Source of the DNA: an uncultured Bacteroidales bacterium
Lineage (GTDB): Bacteria > Bacteroidota > Bacteroidia > Bacteroidales > VadinHA17
Length of the DNA stretch: 64,000 nt
Direction: 5' to 3'
Assembly (NCBI GenBank): GCA_963736675.1
Contig: CAVTPT010000004.1
Location: 448,815-512,814 of the forward strand
The notes under the pieces were generated by a model. It saw only the letters and a list, made by a program, of their open reading frames with translations, had not been told where the DNA came from and searched no databases. Positions 39,594 to 49,337 of the stretch are shown piece by piece; the stretch's first letter is position 1, and every line of letters starts with the position of its first letter. A program made the translations under genes and the position numbers.

Positions 39594-39715
39594 TCCTGCG
39601 GGTCTGAAACGGTTATCCCGGAATAATTTATAGAAATATTAAAATTTCTGTAATGAAACTTCGTGTTTAACGTCTTGCAGTAAAATGAGGTTCACTTAAC
39701 TTAAAATTGACTGCC

Positions 39716-40219
39716 ATGAAAAAAGTTCTTTTATTTTCAGTTCTCCTGATGTTCATATTCCCATTACTCCAGGGACAGAAGTCGATTGATGCACTCTTCT
39801 CCCGGTATTCAGGCAGAGAAGGCTTTGTGACTGTAAGGATCGATGGTAACCTGCTGAAGCTGGTTGCCCTGCTTGACGACGACAATGATATTGAAGGTAT
39901 CTCGGGTGAGATAAACGAAATCAGGATACTTGCCCAGGAGGATGAAGTGACGAGCTTTGCCAACTTTTATGATATCGTTAACAGGGATATTAATTTCAAT
40001 GATTATGAGGAATTTATGAAGATAAAGGAGTCAGGGCAGGATATGAGGATGCTGGTGAAAACCGAAGGTAAAAGGTTCAGGGAATTCCTGTTTATTGCCG
40101 GTGGAGACGATAATTTTATTATCCAGGTAAAAGGGAATCTGAGCATGAGCGACGCAAAACATTTTTCAGCCGATATGAAAAGAAACCATGGAAGAGACAT
40201 GATGGAGGAGTACAATTAA
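39716..40219 (+). CDS. DUF4252-like secreted protein
   Basis: Signal peptide, then IDALFSRYSGREGFVTVRIDGNLLKL, which resembles DUF4252 proteins found beside ECF sigma genes. ATG at 39716 preferred over the listed TTG at 39707. Confidence 0.65.
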   Translation: MKKVLLFSVLLMFIFPLLQGQKSIDALFSRYSGREGFVTVRIDGNLLKLVALLDDDNDIEGISGEINEIRILAQEDEVTSFANFYDIVNRDINFNDYEEFMKIKESGQDMRMLVKTEGKRFREFLFIAGGDDNFIIQVKGNLSMSDAKHFSADMKRNHGRDMMEEYN

Positions 40220-40269
40220 TTGTTTGTTAACTTAGCGCTATACTTACTGTATAAAATTGTATTCCGGGC

Positions 40270-40812
40270 ATGTCCAGGACAGAATTTAATGATCTTATCC
40301 GCTCTTTGAGCCGCCGGTTGTATTGGTATGCCTACCGTATCCTGCAAAACCAGGCTGAAGCTGAAGATGCTGTACAGGAGGTGTTTATGAAACTCTGGAC
40401 CATGGGTAAAAGACTGGATGAATATAAAAGTGTTGAGGCACTGGCTGTAACCATGACAAGAAATTATTGTCTCGACTTGCTCAGAAGGCAGAAAATTACT
40501 GATTCGGTGGAAACAGCCTTACTTGTTCTTCCCTGTCAGGAAGAGCCTTCACCTCACGAGATTATGGAAAGAGATGAAACGGCAGCTGCTCTGAACAGGA
40601 TAATCAGCCAGTTGCCGGAAAACTACTGCGAAATAATAAGGTTAAAGGATATCAAAGGATTTACTTATGAGGAGATATGTACAATTACAGGTCAGAATAT
40701 TAATACATTGCGGGTTGTAATATCGAGAGCCAGAAAAATGATCAGGGATAATTATATCAACTATCTTAATGAAAACGGAAGAGCTGAAAAAAGTACTCGC
40801 AAAGTACTATAA
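40270..40812 (+). CDS. ECF-type RNA polymerase sigma-70 factor
   Basis: Region 2 (AEDAVQEVFMKLW) and region 4 (LPENYCEIIRLKDIKGFTYEEICTITGQNINTLRVVISRARKMI). Confidence 0.9.
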   Translation: MSRTEFNDLIRSLSRRLYWYAYRILQNQAEAEDAVQEVFMKLWTMGKRLDEYKSVEALAVTMTRNYCLDLLRRQKITDSVETALLVLPCQEEPSPHEIMERDETAAALNRIISQLPENYCEIIRLKDIKGFTYEEICTITGQNINTLRVVISRARKMIRDNYINYLNENGRAEKSTRKVL

Positions 40813-41341
40813 TGCAGAGTGTACTGAAGATGAGGAGCAATTACTCAGGGAATTCTTTTCAGGAGAAGATGTTCCTGAAGAACTCAGTGAAGAGAAGGAT
40901 ATTTTCAATTTCTACTCCGGTGAAAGAATATTCCGTGAACCGTCTGAGGATTTTGAAGAAAGGATAATTTCATCCATCGACAGGAAAGAATCGGTGATCG
41001 CGCGAAAGTCAGTCAGGAGAATTGTGACCGCTTTATCAGGAATAGCTGCAGGTCTTCTGATCCTCGCAGGCAGTTATTTCTTCTTAACCGGAAGGGAAGA
41101 GCCCGGGGATACATTCTCAGATCCTGAACTTGCCTATGCCGAGACAATGAAGATACTTTTTGATGTGTCTGAAAGGATGAACAGTAGCGTCAGGGCATTG
41201 GAGCCGATGGAAAAAATCGGTGACGCAGCTGAAAAATCGTTGAATCTGTTCTCCGAACAAGCTTCAAAAATTGATCAGAACCTGGAAGCGATAGATAAGT
41301 TTAAAAAGACTATGGAAAATATGAACATGATATTGGAATGA
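40769..41341 (+). CDS. putative anti-sigma factor (single TM)
   Basis: Overlaps the sigma gene by 44 nt. It has an acidic N-terminus and a central TM (IVTALSGIAAGLLILAGSYFF). The assignment rests on position. Confidence 0.5.
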   Translation: MKTEELKKVLAKYYNAECTEDEEQLLREFFSGEDVPEELSEEKDIFNFYSGERIFREPSEDFEERIISSIDRKESVIARKSVRRIVTALSGIAAGLLILAGSYFFLTGREEPGDTFSDPELAYAETMKILFDVSERMNSSVRALEPMEKIGDAAEKSLNLFSEQASKIDQNLEAIDKFKKTMENMNMILE

Positions 41342-41362
41342 TTAACAAGTAATTAGAATAAT

Positions 41363-41875
41363 ATGAAAAGGTTTCTCCTACTAATGGCTCTATCTATATA
41401 TGCATTTAATGCAGGTGCTCAGACAAGTGCGATAGATGAGATGTTTGACAAATACTCGGAAAGGGAAGGATTTACATCGGTATATATATCAAGCAAAATG
41501 CTTGGGCTTTTTGCAGACAAAGAAGAGAAGGAAAATGTAGTCAACAGACTTAAATCGATAAGGATCCTGACGGTAGAAGATTCGTTGATCAACAGGGGAC
41601 TGAACTTTTACAATGAGCTGAGCCGTAAAACCAATCTATCGGCATATGAAGAATTAATGGTTGTAAGGGATGCAAATCAGACGACAAGGTTCCTTATAAT
41701 TCAGAAGGGGGATATTATCACGGAACTTCTGGTAATAGTCGGGGGCCCTGATGATAACACACTTATATCAATTAAGGGAGATCTCGATCTCAAATCAATC
41801 TCCGATCTTTCCAGAAACAGCGGCATAGAAGAGCTCGAAAGTCTGGACCACATTAAACCGGATGAAAAGGATTAG
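41363..41875 (+). CDS. DUF4252-like secreted protein (second copy)
   Basis: Signal peptide, then IDEMFDKYSEREGFTSVYISSKMLGL. It is paralogous to 39716-40219. Confidence 0.65.
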   Translation: MKRFLLLMALSIYAFNAGAQTSAIDEMFDKYSEREGFTSVYISSKMLGLFADKEEKENVVNRLKSIRILTVEDSLINRGLNFYNELSRKTNLSAYEELMVVRDANQTTRFLIIQKGDIITELLVIVGGPDDNTLISIKGDLDLKSISDLSRNSGIEELESLDHIKPDEKD

Positions 41876-41972
41876 TGCCTGACCGGCAGAAAGGGACCTT
41901 AATTGTAGTCTTCGGGTTTTTGCGAAAATGAATCTATTTTATTTACTTTAGTACGTTGTATTAAGATAAATA

Positions 41973-44147
41973 ATGGATCAGGGGAAGATACAAAAAGGGT
42001 ACAGGGCTTTACTCAGGGCGGCTAAAGGATCTGTCTCTCCATCAGAATACAGGATGATCAGGAGAGCAGTTGATTTGTCGGTGGAAGCATGCGGGGATAA
42101 AACGATCATTACCGGCGAGCCGGAGATCCTTCATGCTCTTTCGGTGGCGAGAATAATAGCCGGAGAGATGGGACTTGGCCTCACCTCAATAATAACGGCT
42201 CTTCTGCACGATTCGTACGACAGACTGGGAGTGACGCCTGCCGGGCTTGAAAAGGAGTTCGGAAAACTTGTTGTTGACATTCTGAGGGGTTTCTCGCGTA
42301 TCACAGGAATCAATTCTTCACAATCTTCATATCAGTCTGAGAACTTCAGAAAACTTTTACTCAGCCTCGCTGACGACGTAAGGGTAATTCTTATCAAGCT
42401 TGTTGAACGGCTTGAGTATATGAGGAACCTCGACAATGCACCTGAAAAGGAGCGCTTGCCTCTTGCTTCGGAGACCTATTTCCTTTATGCGCCCCTGGCG
42501 CACCGTCTCGGCTTTTACAATATAAAATCGGAGATGGAGGATCTTGCCGTCAAATACCTTGAGCCTGAACAATATAATTATGTGGAATGCCGGCTGAAGC
42601 AGACAACGGCATCTAGGAATAAACTTATCCGCGAATTTTCAGCTCCGCTGAATGATATGCTTGAAAAGCAGGGATTTAAATTCGTTGTTAAAAGCCGGAC
42701 AAAATCAATTCATTCCATAATGCTGAAAATGAAAAAGCAGGGTGTTGATTTTGACGAAGTGTACGACCTGTTTGCCGTCCGGATAATCATCGATTCATTA
42801 AGTGAAAATGAAAAATCCGATTGCTGGAGAGCCTACTCCATAGTTACGGATCTTTACCAGCCAAATCCAAGCAGGCTGAGGGACTGGATATCGGTACCAA
42901 AATCGAATGGTTATGAATCACTACACACTACTGTCGTAGGGCCACGGGGCAAGTGGGTTGAGGTACAGATTAGATCGGCAAGGATGGACGAGATAGCTGA
43001 AAAGGGACTTGCAGCTCATTTCAAATACAAAGGGATAAAGGGAGAGGGAGGGCTGGATACATGGCTTTCAAAGATGAGGGAGATCCTCGAATCGTCTGAA
43101 AAAGAAGATAGTGCCTTTCTCGACCAGGTAAGGTCAGGTCTCTATACCGACGAAGTGTTTGTTTTTACTCCCAAGGGCGATCTTCGACAGTTGCCTGCAG
43201 GAGCGACGGTGCTCGACTTCGCATTCGATATTCACACTGCTGTGGGTGCAACATGTGTCGGAGGAAAGGTAAATGGTAAAAATGTCACAATAAGATATGT
43301 CCTTCAGAACGGCGATCATGTTGATATTATAAGGTCAAAGAACCAGAAACCTAAACAGGACTGGCTCTCATTTGTTGTGACAAACAAGGCCAGGACCAAG
43401 ATCAAACTCGCCCTGAATGAGGAGAAGAATAAGGCTGCCGCCGAGGGCAAGGAGATGCTGATGCGCCGGTTGAAAAACTGGAAGATTGCATATGGGGATA
43501 CCTTAATACAAAGGCTGATAAATCATTACAACTTCAAGACAGCACAGGACCTCTATTTTCTTATCGGGACAGGCAAGATTGAGCTTTTAGAGATAAAGGA
43601 GGTCCTTCAGAAAGATGAGACGGAGGAGCAGAGCAGCATACCTGCATCCATGCCCGAGAAGGAGATTAAGGAGACCCAGGATACACAATACTCCGATTTT
43701 CTGATAATCGAGAACAGGGTGGAAGGACTGGATTACAGGCTCTCAAAGTGCTGCAATCCTGTTTTTGGTGACAGCATCTTCGGATTCGTTACTATTTCGG
43801 AAGGTATCAAAATCCACAGGAAGGGGTGCCCTAATGCTCATAATATGATGGCAAGGTATCCTTACAGGGTTATCTCAGCCCGGTGGACACAATCAAAGAC
43901 AAGCCCGTCGTTTGTTACTTCTGTAAAGATCACTGGCATAGAGGAGATAGGAATGGTTAACAGGATTGCTGATGTTCTTGCTGTTAACAATGTTGTAATC
44001 AGGAGTTTCAATTACAGGATGGACGATGGTATGTTTGAAGGTATACTTAATATCATGGTTCCCAATAACGATGTCCTGTATGGGGTTCTGAGGAAGATTG
44101 TTTCGATAAAAGGTGTGTTGAAAGCCTCCAGGATGATAAGCGACTAA
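41973..44147 (+). CDS. bifunctional RelA/SpoT-family (p)ppGpp synthetase/hydrolase
   Basis: HD domain (ALLHD), synthetase domain (KSIHSIMLKMKK..., YESLHTTV, EVQIRS), TGS (VFVFTPKGD...LPAGATVLDFA) and a C-terminal ACT-like region. Confidence 0.9.
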   Translation: MDQGKIQKGYRALLRAAKGSVSPSEYRMIRRAVDLSVEACGDKTIITGEPEILHALSVARIIAGEMGLGLTSIITALLHDSYDRLGVTPAGLEKEFGKLVVDILRGFSRITGINSSQSSYQSENFRKLLLSLADDVRVILIKLVERLEYMRNLDNAPEKERLPLASETYFLYAPLAHRLGFYNIKSEMEDLAVKYLEPEQYNYVECRLKQTTASRNKLIREFSAPLNDMLEKQGFKFVVKSRTKSIHSIMLKMKKQGVDFDEVYDLFAVRIIIDSLSENEKSDCWRAYSIVTDLYQPNPSRLRDWISVPKSNGYESLHTTVVGPRGKWVEVQIRSARMDEIAEKGLAAHFKYKGIKGEGGLDTWLSKMREILESSEKEDSAFLDQVRSGLYTDEVFVFTPKGDLRQLPAGATVLDFAFDIHTAVGATCVGGKVNGKNVTIRYVLQNGDHVDIIRSKNQKPKQDWLSFVVTNKARTKIKLALNEEKNKAAAEGKEMLMRRLKNWKIAYGDTLIQRLINHYNFKTAQDLYFLIGTGKIELLEIKEVLQKDETEEQSSIPASMPEKEIKETQDTQYSDFLIIENRVEGLDYRLSKCCNPVFGDSIFGFVTISEGIKIHRKGCPNAHNMMARYPYRVISARWTQSKTSPSFVTSVKITGIEEIGMVNRIADVLAVNNVVIRSFNYRMDDGMFEGILNIMVPNNDVLYGVLRKIVSIKGVLKASRMISD

Positions 44148-47083
44148 TATCTTTTGTCAGGTTTAACCGGCAGCCTGGCCAGTTTTTCCGCTTCAAGCGA
44201 CGGGAAACCGAATTCCTGCACAATTTTACCAAGAATGAGATATGTACCGCTCCCTTTAAACGGGTAGTTTTTAAGTGACTGAGAGAAATGTGTGGTATCG
44301 AAATAGTTACCTTCATTATCTATGAAACAACCGAAATTCATCCATTCCCCTTTTATTGTCCTGATATATTTGATTGTAACCAGGTGTCCCACCATTCTCA
44401 CTTTTTTCCCGGTGTACCGGCTCATTTCACGCGCTGTTATTTCTCCCCTGAATGAAGTTTCAAGCATGTCGAACCATGTTATTGAAACCGGAAATCCGAA
44501 CAGCTCTATTTCATCATAGGCATGCTCCAGCGCACCCTGATCAAGTTCGGGTAAAGAAAAGTTTTTTACCGGAGGGGAGAAGAGCGGGCGTATATTCACC
44601 GGTTTGCTTTTGTTCATCAACATATGAGCCTCCCACATAAGAACCGCCTTCTTTTTTCCGGTAAACCTGAATGCCCCGGCCCGTATAAGTATCAGTACCT
44701 GCTCCAGTCCGGGACATACCCTGGTGATAAAGTCGTTCAGATCGCTGAAATCACCTTCTTTCCTGCGGAACTCTTCGATCGACATTGCCAGATCGTGCTC
44801 AATACTAAGGATATGTATAAACCCAAGGTAGATCTCATTTCCGTAAATGGTTGTTTTATAAGTACTTTTGTTGACACATGGCAGCCGTATCTCAGCTCCG
44901 TATCTTTTTGCTTCATGGACATACACCCATGTTCTGTAAAACCCGCCAAAATTGTTAATGACAGCTACCATGAACTCAACAGGGAAGTGTGCCTTGAGGT
45001 AAAGGCTTTGAAAGCTTTCGACAGCATACGATGCGGAATGTGCCTTTGAGAATGAGTAACCGGCAAAAGATTCGATCTGCCGCCACACCTCCCTGATAAT
45101 TTCCTCGCTATATCCCTTTTCCCTGCAGTTTGTAAAGTACCGGTCAACAATTCGCTGCATCTCCTGTTTCGATCTGTATTTCCCGCTCATTGCCCGGCGG
45201 AGGGTGTCGGCATCGGCAAGGTCGAGTCCTGCAAAATGATGGCACACCATCAGAACATCCTCCTGGTAAACCATTACCCCAAAAGTCTCTTCCAGCTGCT
45301 CTTTCATTACCGGATGTATATATTCAAATTTTCCCGGATTATGGAACCTGTAAATATATTCCTTCATCATACCCGAGCGTGCAACACCTGGCCTGATAAT
45401 TGAGCTGGCTGCAACAAGTGTCGGGTAATCTTCACATTGCAGTTTCTGCAGAAGTCCCCTCATTGAAGGGCTCTCAATATAAAAGCATCCTTTTGTTTCG
45501 CCGGTCTTCAGATACTCTTTTACTTTTGGATCGTTTCTGAACTTTTGAATTGCGTGAACATCAACATCCACTGAACGGTTACGCATTATTATTTCAGCAC
45601 TTTCCCTGATATGTCCGATCCCGCGCTGACTGAGTATATCGAGTTTTTCAAAACCGATATCTTCAGCTGTATACATATCCCACTGTGTTACAGGAAAGCC
45701 TTTTGGAGGCATGTCAAGAGCAGTATAGCAGGTTACCGGCTCTTCGGAAATAAGTATCCCGCCGGAATGGATGCTTCTCATATTGGGAAAATCGGCAATC
45801 CGCATGCCTGTTGAAAAGATGATATCGGATATCTCGTTCCTGTTTGCTCCTGCCGATGGATTTTCAATCAGGGCATCAATATCTTCCTTTGGCAATCCGT
45901 GAATTTTTCCCAGCTCACGTACAATCGATTTGCCCCTGAAGGTGCTTATTGTCCCCAGCAGGGCGGTATGCCTGACTCCGTATCTTTTGAAGATGTAATC
46001 AATAACCTCGTCACGCTCTTTCCACGAATAATCAATGTCAAAGTCAGGAGGGCTGCTTCGTTTGGGGTTTATGAACCTCTCGAAGTAAAGATTCAGGTCA
46101 ATAGGGTCAACATTGGTGATTTTCAGGCAATAAGCAACTATGGAGTTTGCTCCGCTACCCCGTCCCACGTGATAAAATCCCCTTGACATGGAATATCTGA
46201 CAATATCCCAGGTGATAAGGAAATATGCTGAAAAACCAAGCTTGTCGATGATATCAAGTTCGTGTCTTATCTTTTTTTTTGCTTCAACGTTCTGTTTCCC
46301 GTACCTGTATGCCATCCCGTCCCAGGCCAGTTTTTCGAGAAGGAGTCTGTCGTCATACCTGCTTGCAGAAAACACCTTTTTGTTTTTGAGGTTTTCACGG
46401 TCAAAATTGAGGGAGCAGTCATCAAGCAACCTTTGGGTGTTATCTTTTATATCAGGAAAGCCGTCCAGCATAAGACCACACTCTGCGGGGGACCTGAAAA
46501 ACTCATCGTCATCAGCATATTGCCCTGGTTTAAGATGGCTCAGCAGTATATTGTTGTCGACAGCCCTGAGGCTTTTGTGAATAAAGAGATCGCCGGTTGC
46601 TGAGAATGTGACAGGTGCAAGTAATACCATTGAGTTCCTGCTTACCGAAGTGAGTGTCAGGAGCCGGTTTATTTCCCCGGGTTTGATCCCTATGCGCTCA
46701 TTTTCAAACAGTTTTCTTTCAGGGATCTTTTTCAGGGAATATATTATGTAAGCGTCGGAGAACTGAGGGGCCGGAAAGGGGAGAGGGCTCTTTTCAAAGT
46801 TATGTTTTGAAAGAAACTCATTTAACTCTCTTAATCCATTGTTATTACGGGCAATGCCAATATATTCGGGCTGGTTTTCATTCCGGAATTCAATACCACC
46901 CAGAGGCCGTATGTTGTTTTTAGCGCATTCTCCTGCAAATTCGGGAATTGCAGTTGAGTTATTGATATCGGTGAGAGCAATGGCCACGGCTCCGGCCGTC
47001 CCGGCGTTCTGCACGAGCTGTTCCACTGACATCATTCCGTAGCGCAGGCTGTAATATGAATGGCAGTTCAGGTACATTGCCAC
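44144..47083 (-). CDS. dnaE2: DNA polymerase III alpha-like, error-prone DnaE2-type
   Basis: 979 aa with an N-terminal PHP motif (LNCHSYYSLRYG) and pol III alpha core motifs (FDIDY, GYSFSKAHSASYA). It is translationally coupled to the upstream Y-family polymerase gene. Confidence 0.8.
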   Translation of the reverse strand: MAMYLNCHSYYSLRYGMMSVEQLVQNAGTAGAVAIALTDINNSTAIPEFAGECAKNNIRPLGGIEFRNENQPEYIGIARNNNGLRELNEFLSKHNFEKSPLPFPAPQFSDAYIIYSLKKIPERKLFENERIGIKPGEINRLLTLTSVSRNSMVLLAPVTFSATGDLFIHKSLRAVDNNILLSHLKPGQYADDDEFFRSPAECGLMLDGFPDIKDNTQRLLDDCSLNFDRENLKNKKVFSASRYDDRLLLEKLAWDGMAYRYGKQNVEAKKKIRHELDIIDKLGFSAYFLITWDIVRYSMSRGFYHVGRGSGANSIVAYCLKITNVDPIDLNLYFERFINPKRSSPPDFDIDYSWKERDEVIDYIFKRYGVRHTALLGTISTFRGKSIVRELGKIHGLPKEDIDALIENPSAGANRNEISDIIFSTGMRIADFPNMRSIHSGGILISEEPVTCYTALDMPPKGFPVTQWDMYTAEDIGFEKLDILSQRGIGHIRESAEIIMRNRSVDVDVHAIQKFRNDPKVKEYLKTGETKGCFYIESPSMRGLLQKLQCEDYPTLVAASSIIRPGVARSGMMKEYIYRFHNPGKFEYIHPVMKEQLEETFGVMVYQEDVLMVCHHFAGLDLADADTLRRAMSGKYRSKQEMQRIVDRYFTNCREKGYSEEIIREVWRQIESFAGYSFSKAHSASYAVESFQSLYLKAHFPVEFMVAVINNFGGFYRTWVYVHEAKRYGAEIRLPCVNKSTYKTTIYGNEIYLGFIHILSIEHDLAMSIEEFRRKEGDFSDLNDFITRVCPGLEQVLILIRAGAFRFTGKKKAVLMWEAHMLMNKSKPVNIRPLFSPPVKNFSLPELDQGALEHAYDEIELFGFPVSITWFDMLETSFRGEITAREMSRYTGKKVRMVGHLVTIKYIRTIKGEWMNFGCFIDNEGNYFDTTHFSQSLKNYPFKGSGTYLILGKIVQEFGFPSLEAEKLARLPVKPDKRY

Positions 47084-48330
47084 ACTCTTTTAAGCCTCTC
47101 TTCCATCATTTTTTGCTCATTAATAGCATTTTCGAGCTGTTTAATGGCTTTTTCCTCCCTTTCAGCAGTGGTCATTACTCCGGATGCCCTGTGTACCGCA
47201 TCGCGTCCGAAACGTCTTCTTATCTTATCCATTGCCATATAGAGACTTACTTTCTCCGGAGTATCGTCGAACATATCAAGTTGCTGGACTCCCCTTACCA
47301 GATGGCTGAACCGGACCCCTATAAGCCTTATGAGCATGCGCCGTTGGTAGAGCCTGCTGAATAGCTCTTTGGCAATATCAGCAAGAACATGGTCAAAGGA
47401 TGTGTAGGGGATCCGTTTCTGCAGGGTATGTGTATCAAAGTTTGAGTACCTTATCTTTACCGTGATGCACGATGTAAGCTTCTCCTGTCTTCTGAGCTCG
47501 TATGCTGTCTTTTCGACCATGCCTGACAGTAACTGATTCAGCCTGGCAATATCGGTAGTGTCTTTATCAAATGTGTGCTCGGTGCTTATTGATTTCCGTT
47601 CCTGGTAACTTATTACCGGCGTTGAGTCTATCCCGTTGGCTCTCTTCCATATTTCGATCCCGTTTTTACCCATGAGCTTTTCAAGCATCTCTGCCGGTAT
47701 GTTCCTCAGGGTATATATTGTCGCAATACCCATTGAACGCAGGGTATGATAGGTTTTCTGCCCTATCATCGGGATCTTGCTTATTGACAGCGGATCGAGA
47801 AAGGGGAGGACTATCTCTTTCCCTACCTCTATTTCCCCGTTTGGTTTTGCTTCGCCTGTTGCGATCTTTGAAACGGTTTTATTGACTGACAGACCGATGG
47901 ATATCGGCAATCCGGTCTCTCTTATGATAAATTGCCGCAGTTCATGCGACCATTTGTAACATCCGTGAAACCGGTCCATGCCGGTAATATCTACGTAATG
48001 CTCATCAATGGAGGCCTTTTCGTACAACGGCGACCGTCCGGCAATTATCTCTGTCACGATGTCCGAATAGTTGGTGTACATCTCCATGTCGCCCCTTATT
48101 ACTATTGCATCCGGACACATGGCCCTTGCCATCTTCATTGGCATGGCTGAGCTTACACCGTATTTCCTTGCCTCATAACTGCAACTCGATACCACGCCAC
48201 GATCGGACATACCACCGATAATGACCGGCTTGCCGTTAAGCCTGCTGTTTTTAAGCCTCTCTACCGACACGAAAAAGGTGTCAAGGTCAAGGTGAAGTAC
48301 AGATCTTTCTATATTTCCTGCAATAAACAT
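47068..48330 (-). CDS. dinB: Y-family DNA polymerase (DinB/Pol IV-like, catalytic residues intact)
   Basis: HLDLDTFFVSVE (catalytic Asp motif), SCSYEARKYGV, SIDEHYVDIT (Asp-Glu pair), and little-finger region. Overlaps the dnaE2 start by 16 nt. Confidence 0.85.
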   Translation of the reverse strand: MFIAGNIERSVLHLDLDTFFVSVERLKNSRLNGKPVIIGGMSDRGVVSSCSYEARKYGVSSAMPMKMARAMCPDAIVIRGDMEMYTNYSDIVTEIIAGRSPLYEKASIDEHYVDITGMDRFHGCYKWSHELRQFIIRETGLPISIGLSVNKTVSKIATGEAKPNGEIEVGKEIVLPFLDPLSISKIPMIGQKTYHTLRSMGIATIYTLRNIPAEMLEKLMGKNGIEIWKRANGIDSTPVISYQERKSISTEHTFDKDTTDIARLNQLLSGMVEKTAYELRRQEKLTSCITVKIRYSNFDTHTLQKRIPYTSFDHVLADIAKELFSRLYQRRMLIRLIGVRFSHLVRGVQQLDMFDDTPEKVSLYMAMDKIRRRFGRDAVHRASGVMTTAEREEKAIKQLENAINEQKMMEERLKRVWQCT

Positions 48331-48458
48331 ATCCCGGATTTTAAATACCCTGGAATACTTAGTGTTAACTATCTCCTTAATTTTAAGTACTCCACAATTT
48401 GACTCAGTTCAACTTTTTTTCTGATTAATTTGGTTGTTTCACTTTTTTATTCTATTTT

Positions 48459-48498
48459 TGATTAGAAATTAATCAATATTATGATTACAATATAATCA
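48459..48498. promoter_or_regulatory. two TGATTA-N5-TAATCA palindromes (candidate operators of the XRE/S24 repressor)
   Basis: TGATTAGAAATTAATCA at 48459-48475 and TGATTACAATATAATCA at 48482-48498. Centres are 23 bp apart. The second site ends 11 nt before the repressor ATG. An isolated TGATTA half-site lies at 48422-48427. Confidence 0.45.
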
Positions 48499-48509
48499 AT
48501 TTTTTTAAT

Positions 48510-49337
48510 ATGTACTTCGCATCGAACATAAAATTTTTAAGAAAAAGGAGGGGCAGGACACAGGACGATGTTGCTGCAGCCCTTAACCTGAAGCGTTCAA
48601 CACTGAGCGGTTATGAGAATGGTGTTGCGCAGCCGGGGATTGAGGTACTTGTCTCATTTTCAGGATATTTCAATATGTCAATTGACACAATGCTGAAACT
48701 TGACATGATGAAGCTTTCAGAAAGCCAGCTTGGAGAACTCGAACGTGGATACGATGCCTATGTGAGAGGCAGTAACCTCAGGGTGCTTACCACAACCGTG
48801 AATTCTGAAAACAAAGAAAATATTGAACTTGTACCAGAAAAGGCCAAAGCCGGATACGCAACAGGCTATGCCGATCCGGAATATATCGGGGAGCTTCCCG
48901 TGTTTAACCTCCCTTTCCTTTCGGATAAAAGAAAATACAGAACTTTTCAGCTGAAAGGCGACTCAATGCTGCCGATACCCGAAGGATCGTGGGTTACAGG
49001 TGAGTTTGTTCAGGACTGGCTTGAAATTATAAACGGACAGGCATATGTGGTTTTTACAATTAACGACGGAATAGTATTTAAAGTAGTTGAAAACAACCTT
49101 ATTAAAGACGGAAAACTGGTACTCTATTCACTTAATCCCATATATGAACCTTACGAGGTCCATGTGACCGAAGTCAAAGAAGTATGGAAATTTGTCAATT
49201 ATATAAGCAGCGAACTTCCCGATCCTGTTCTTCCCGAAAAACAGATAATCCAGTCTATCGCTGTTATGAAAAATGACCTCGAAAAGATTAAAACCAGGCT
49301 GGGAAGGGATATCTCCGACATAAAGGAGGTAAACTGA
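48510..49337 (+). CDS. XRE-HTH / S24 peptidase repressor (LexA- or CI-like)
   Basis: N-terminal HTH_3 (IKFLRKRRGRTQDDVAAALNLKRSTLSGYENG). C-terminal S24 domain with the Ser motif (LKGDSMLP) and a downstream Lys (VFKVV). There is an Ala-Gly (KAKAGY) in the linker. Confidence 0.85.
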   Translation: MYFASNIKFLRKRRGRTQDDVAAALNLKRSTLSGYENGVAQPGIEVLVSFSGYFNMSIDTMLKLDMMKLSESQLGELERGYDAYVRGSNLRVLTTTVNSENKENIELVPEKAKAGYATGYADPEYIGELPVFNLPFLSDKRKYRTFQLKGDSMLPIPEGSWVTGEFVQDWLEIINGQAYVVFTINDGIVFKVVENNLIKDGKLVLYSLNPIYEPYEVHVTEVKEVWKFVNYISSELPDPVLPEKQIIQSIAVMKNDLEKIKTRLGRDISDIKEVN

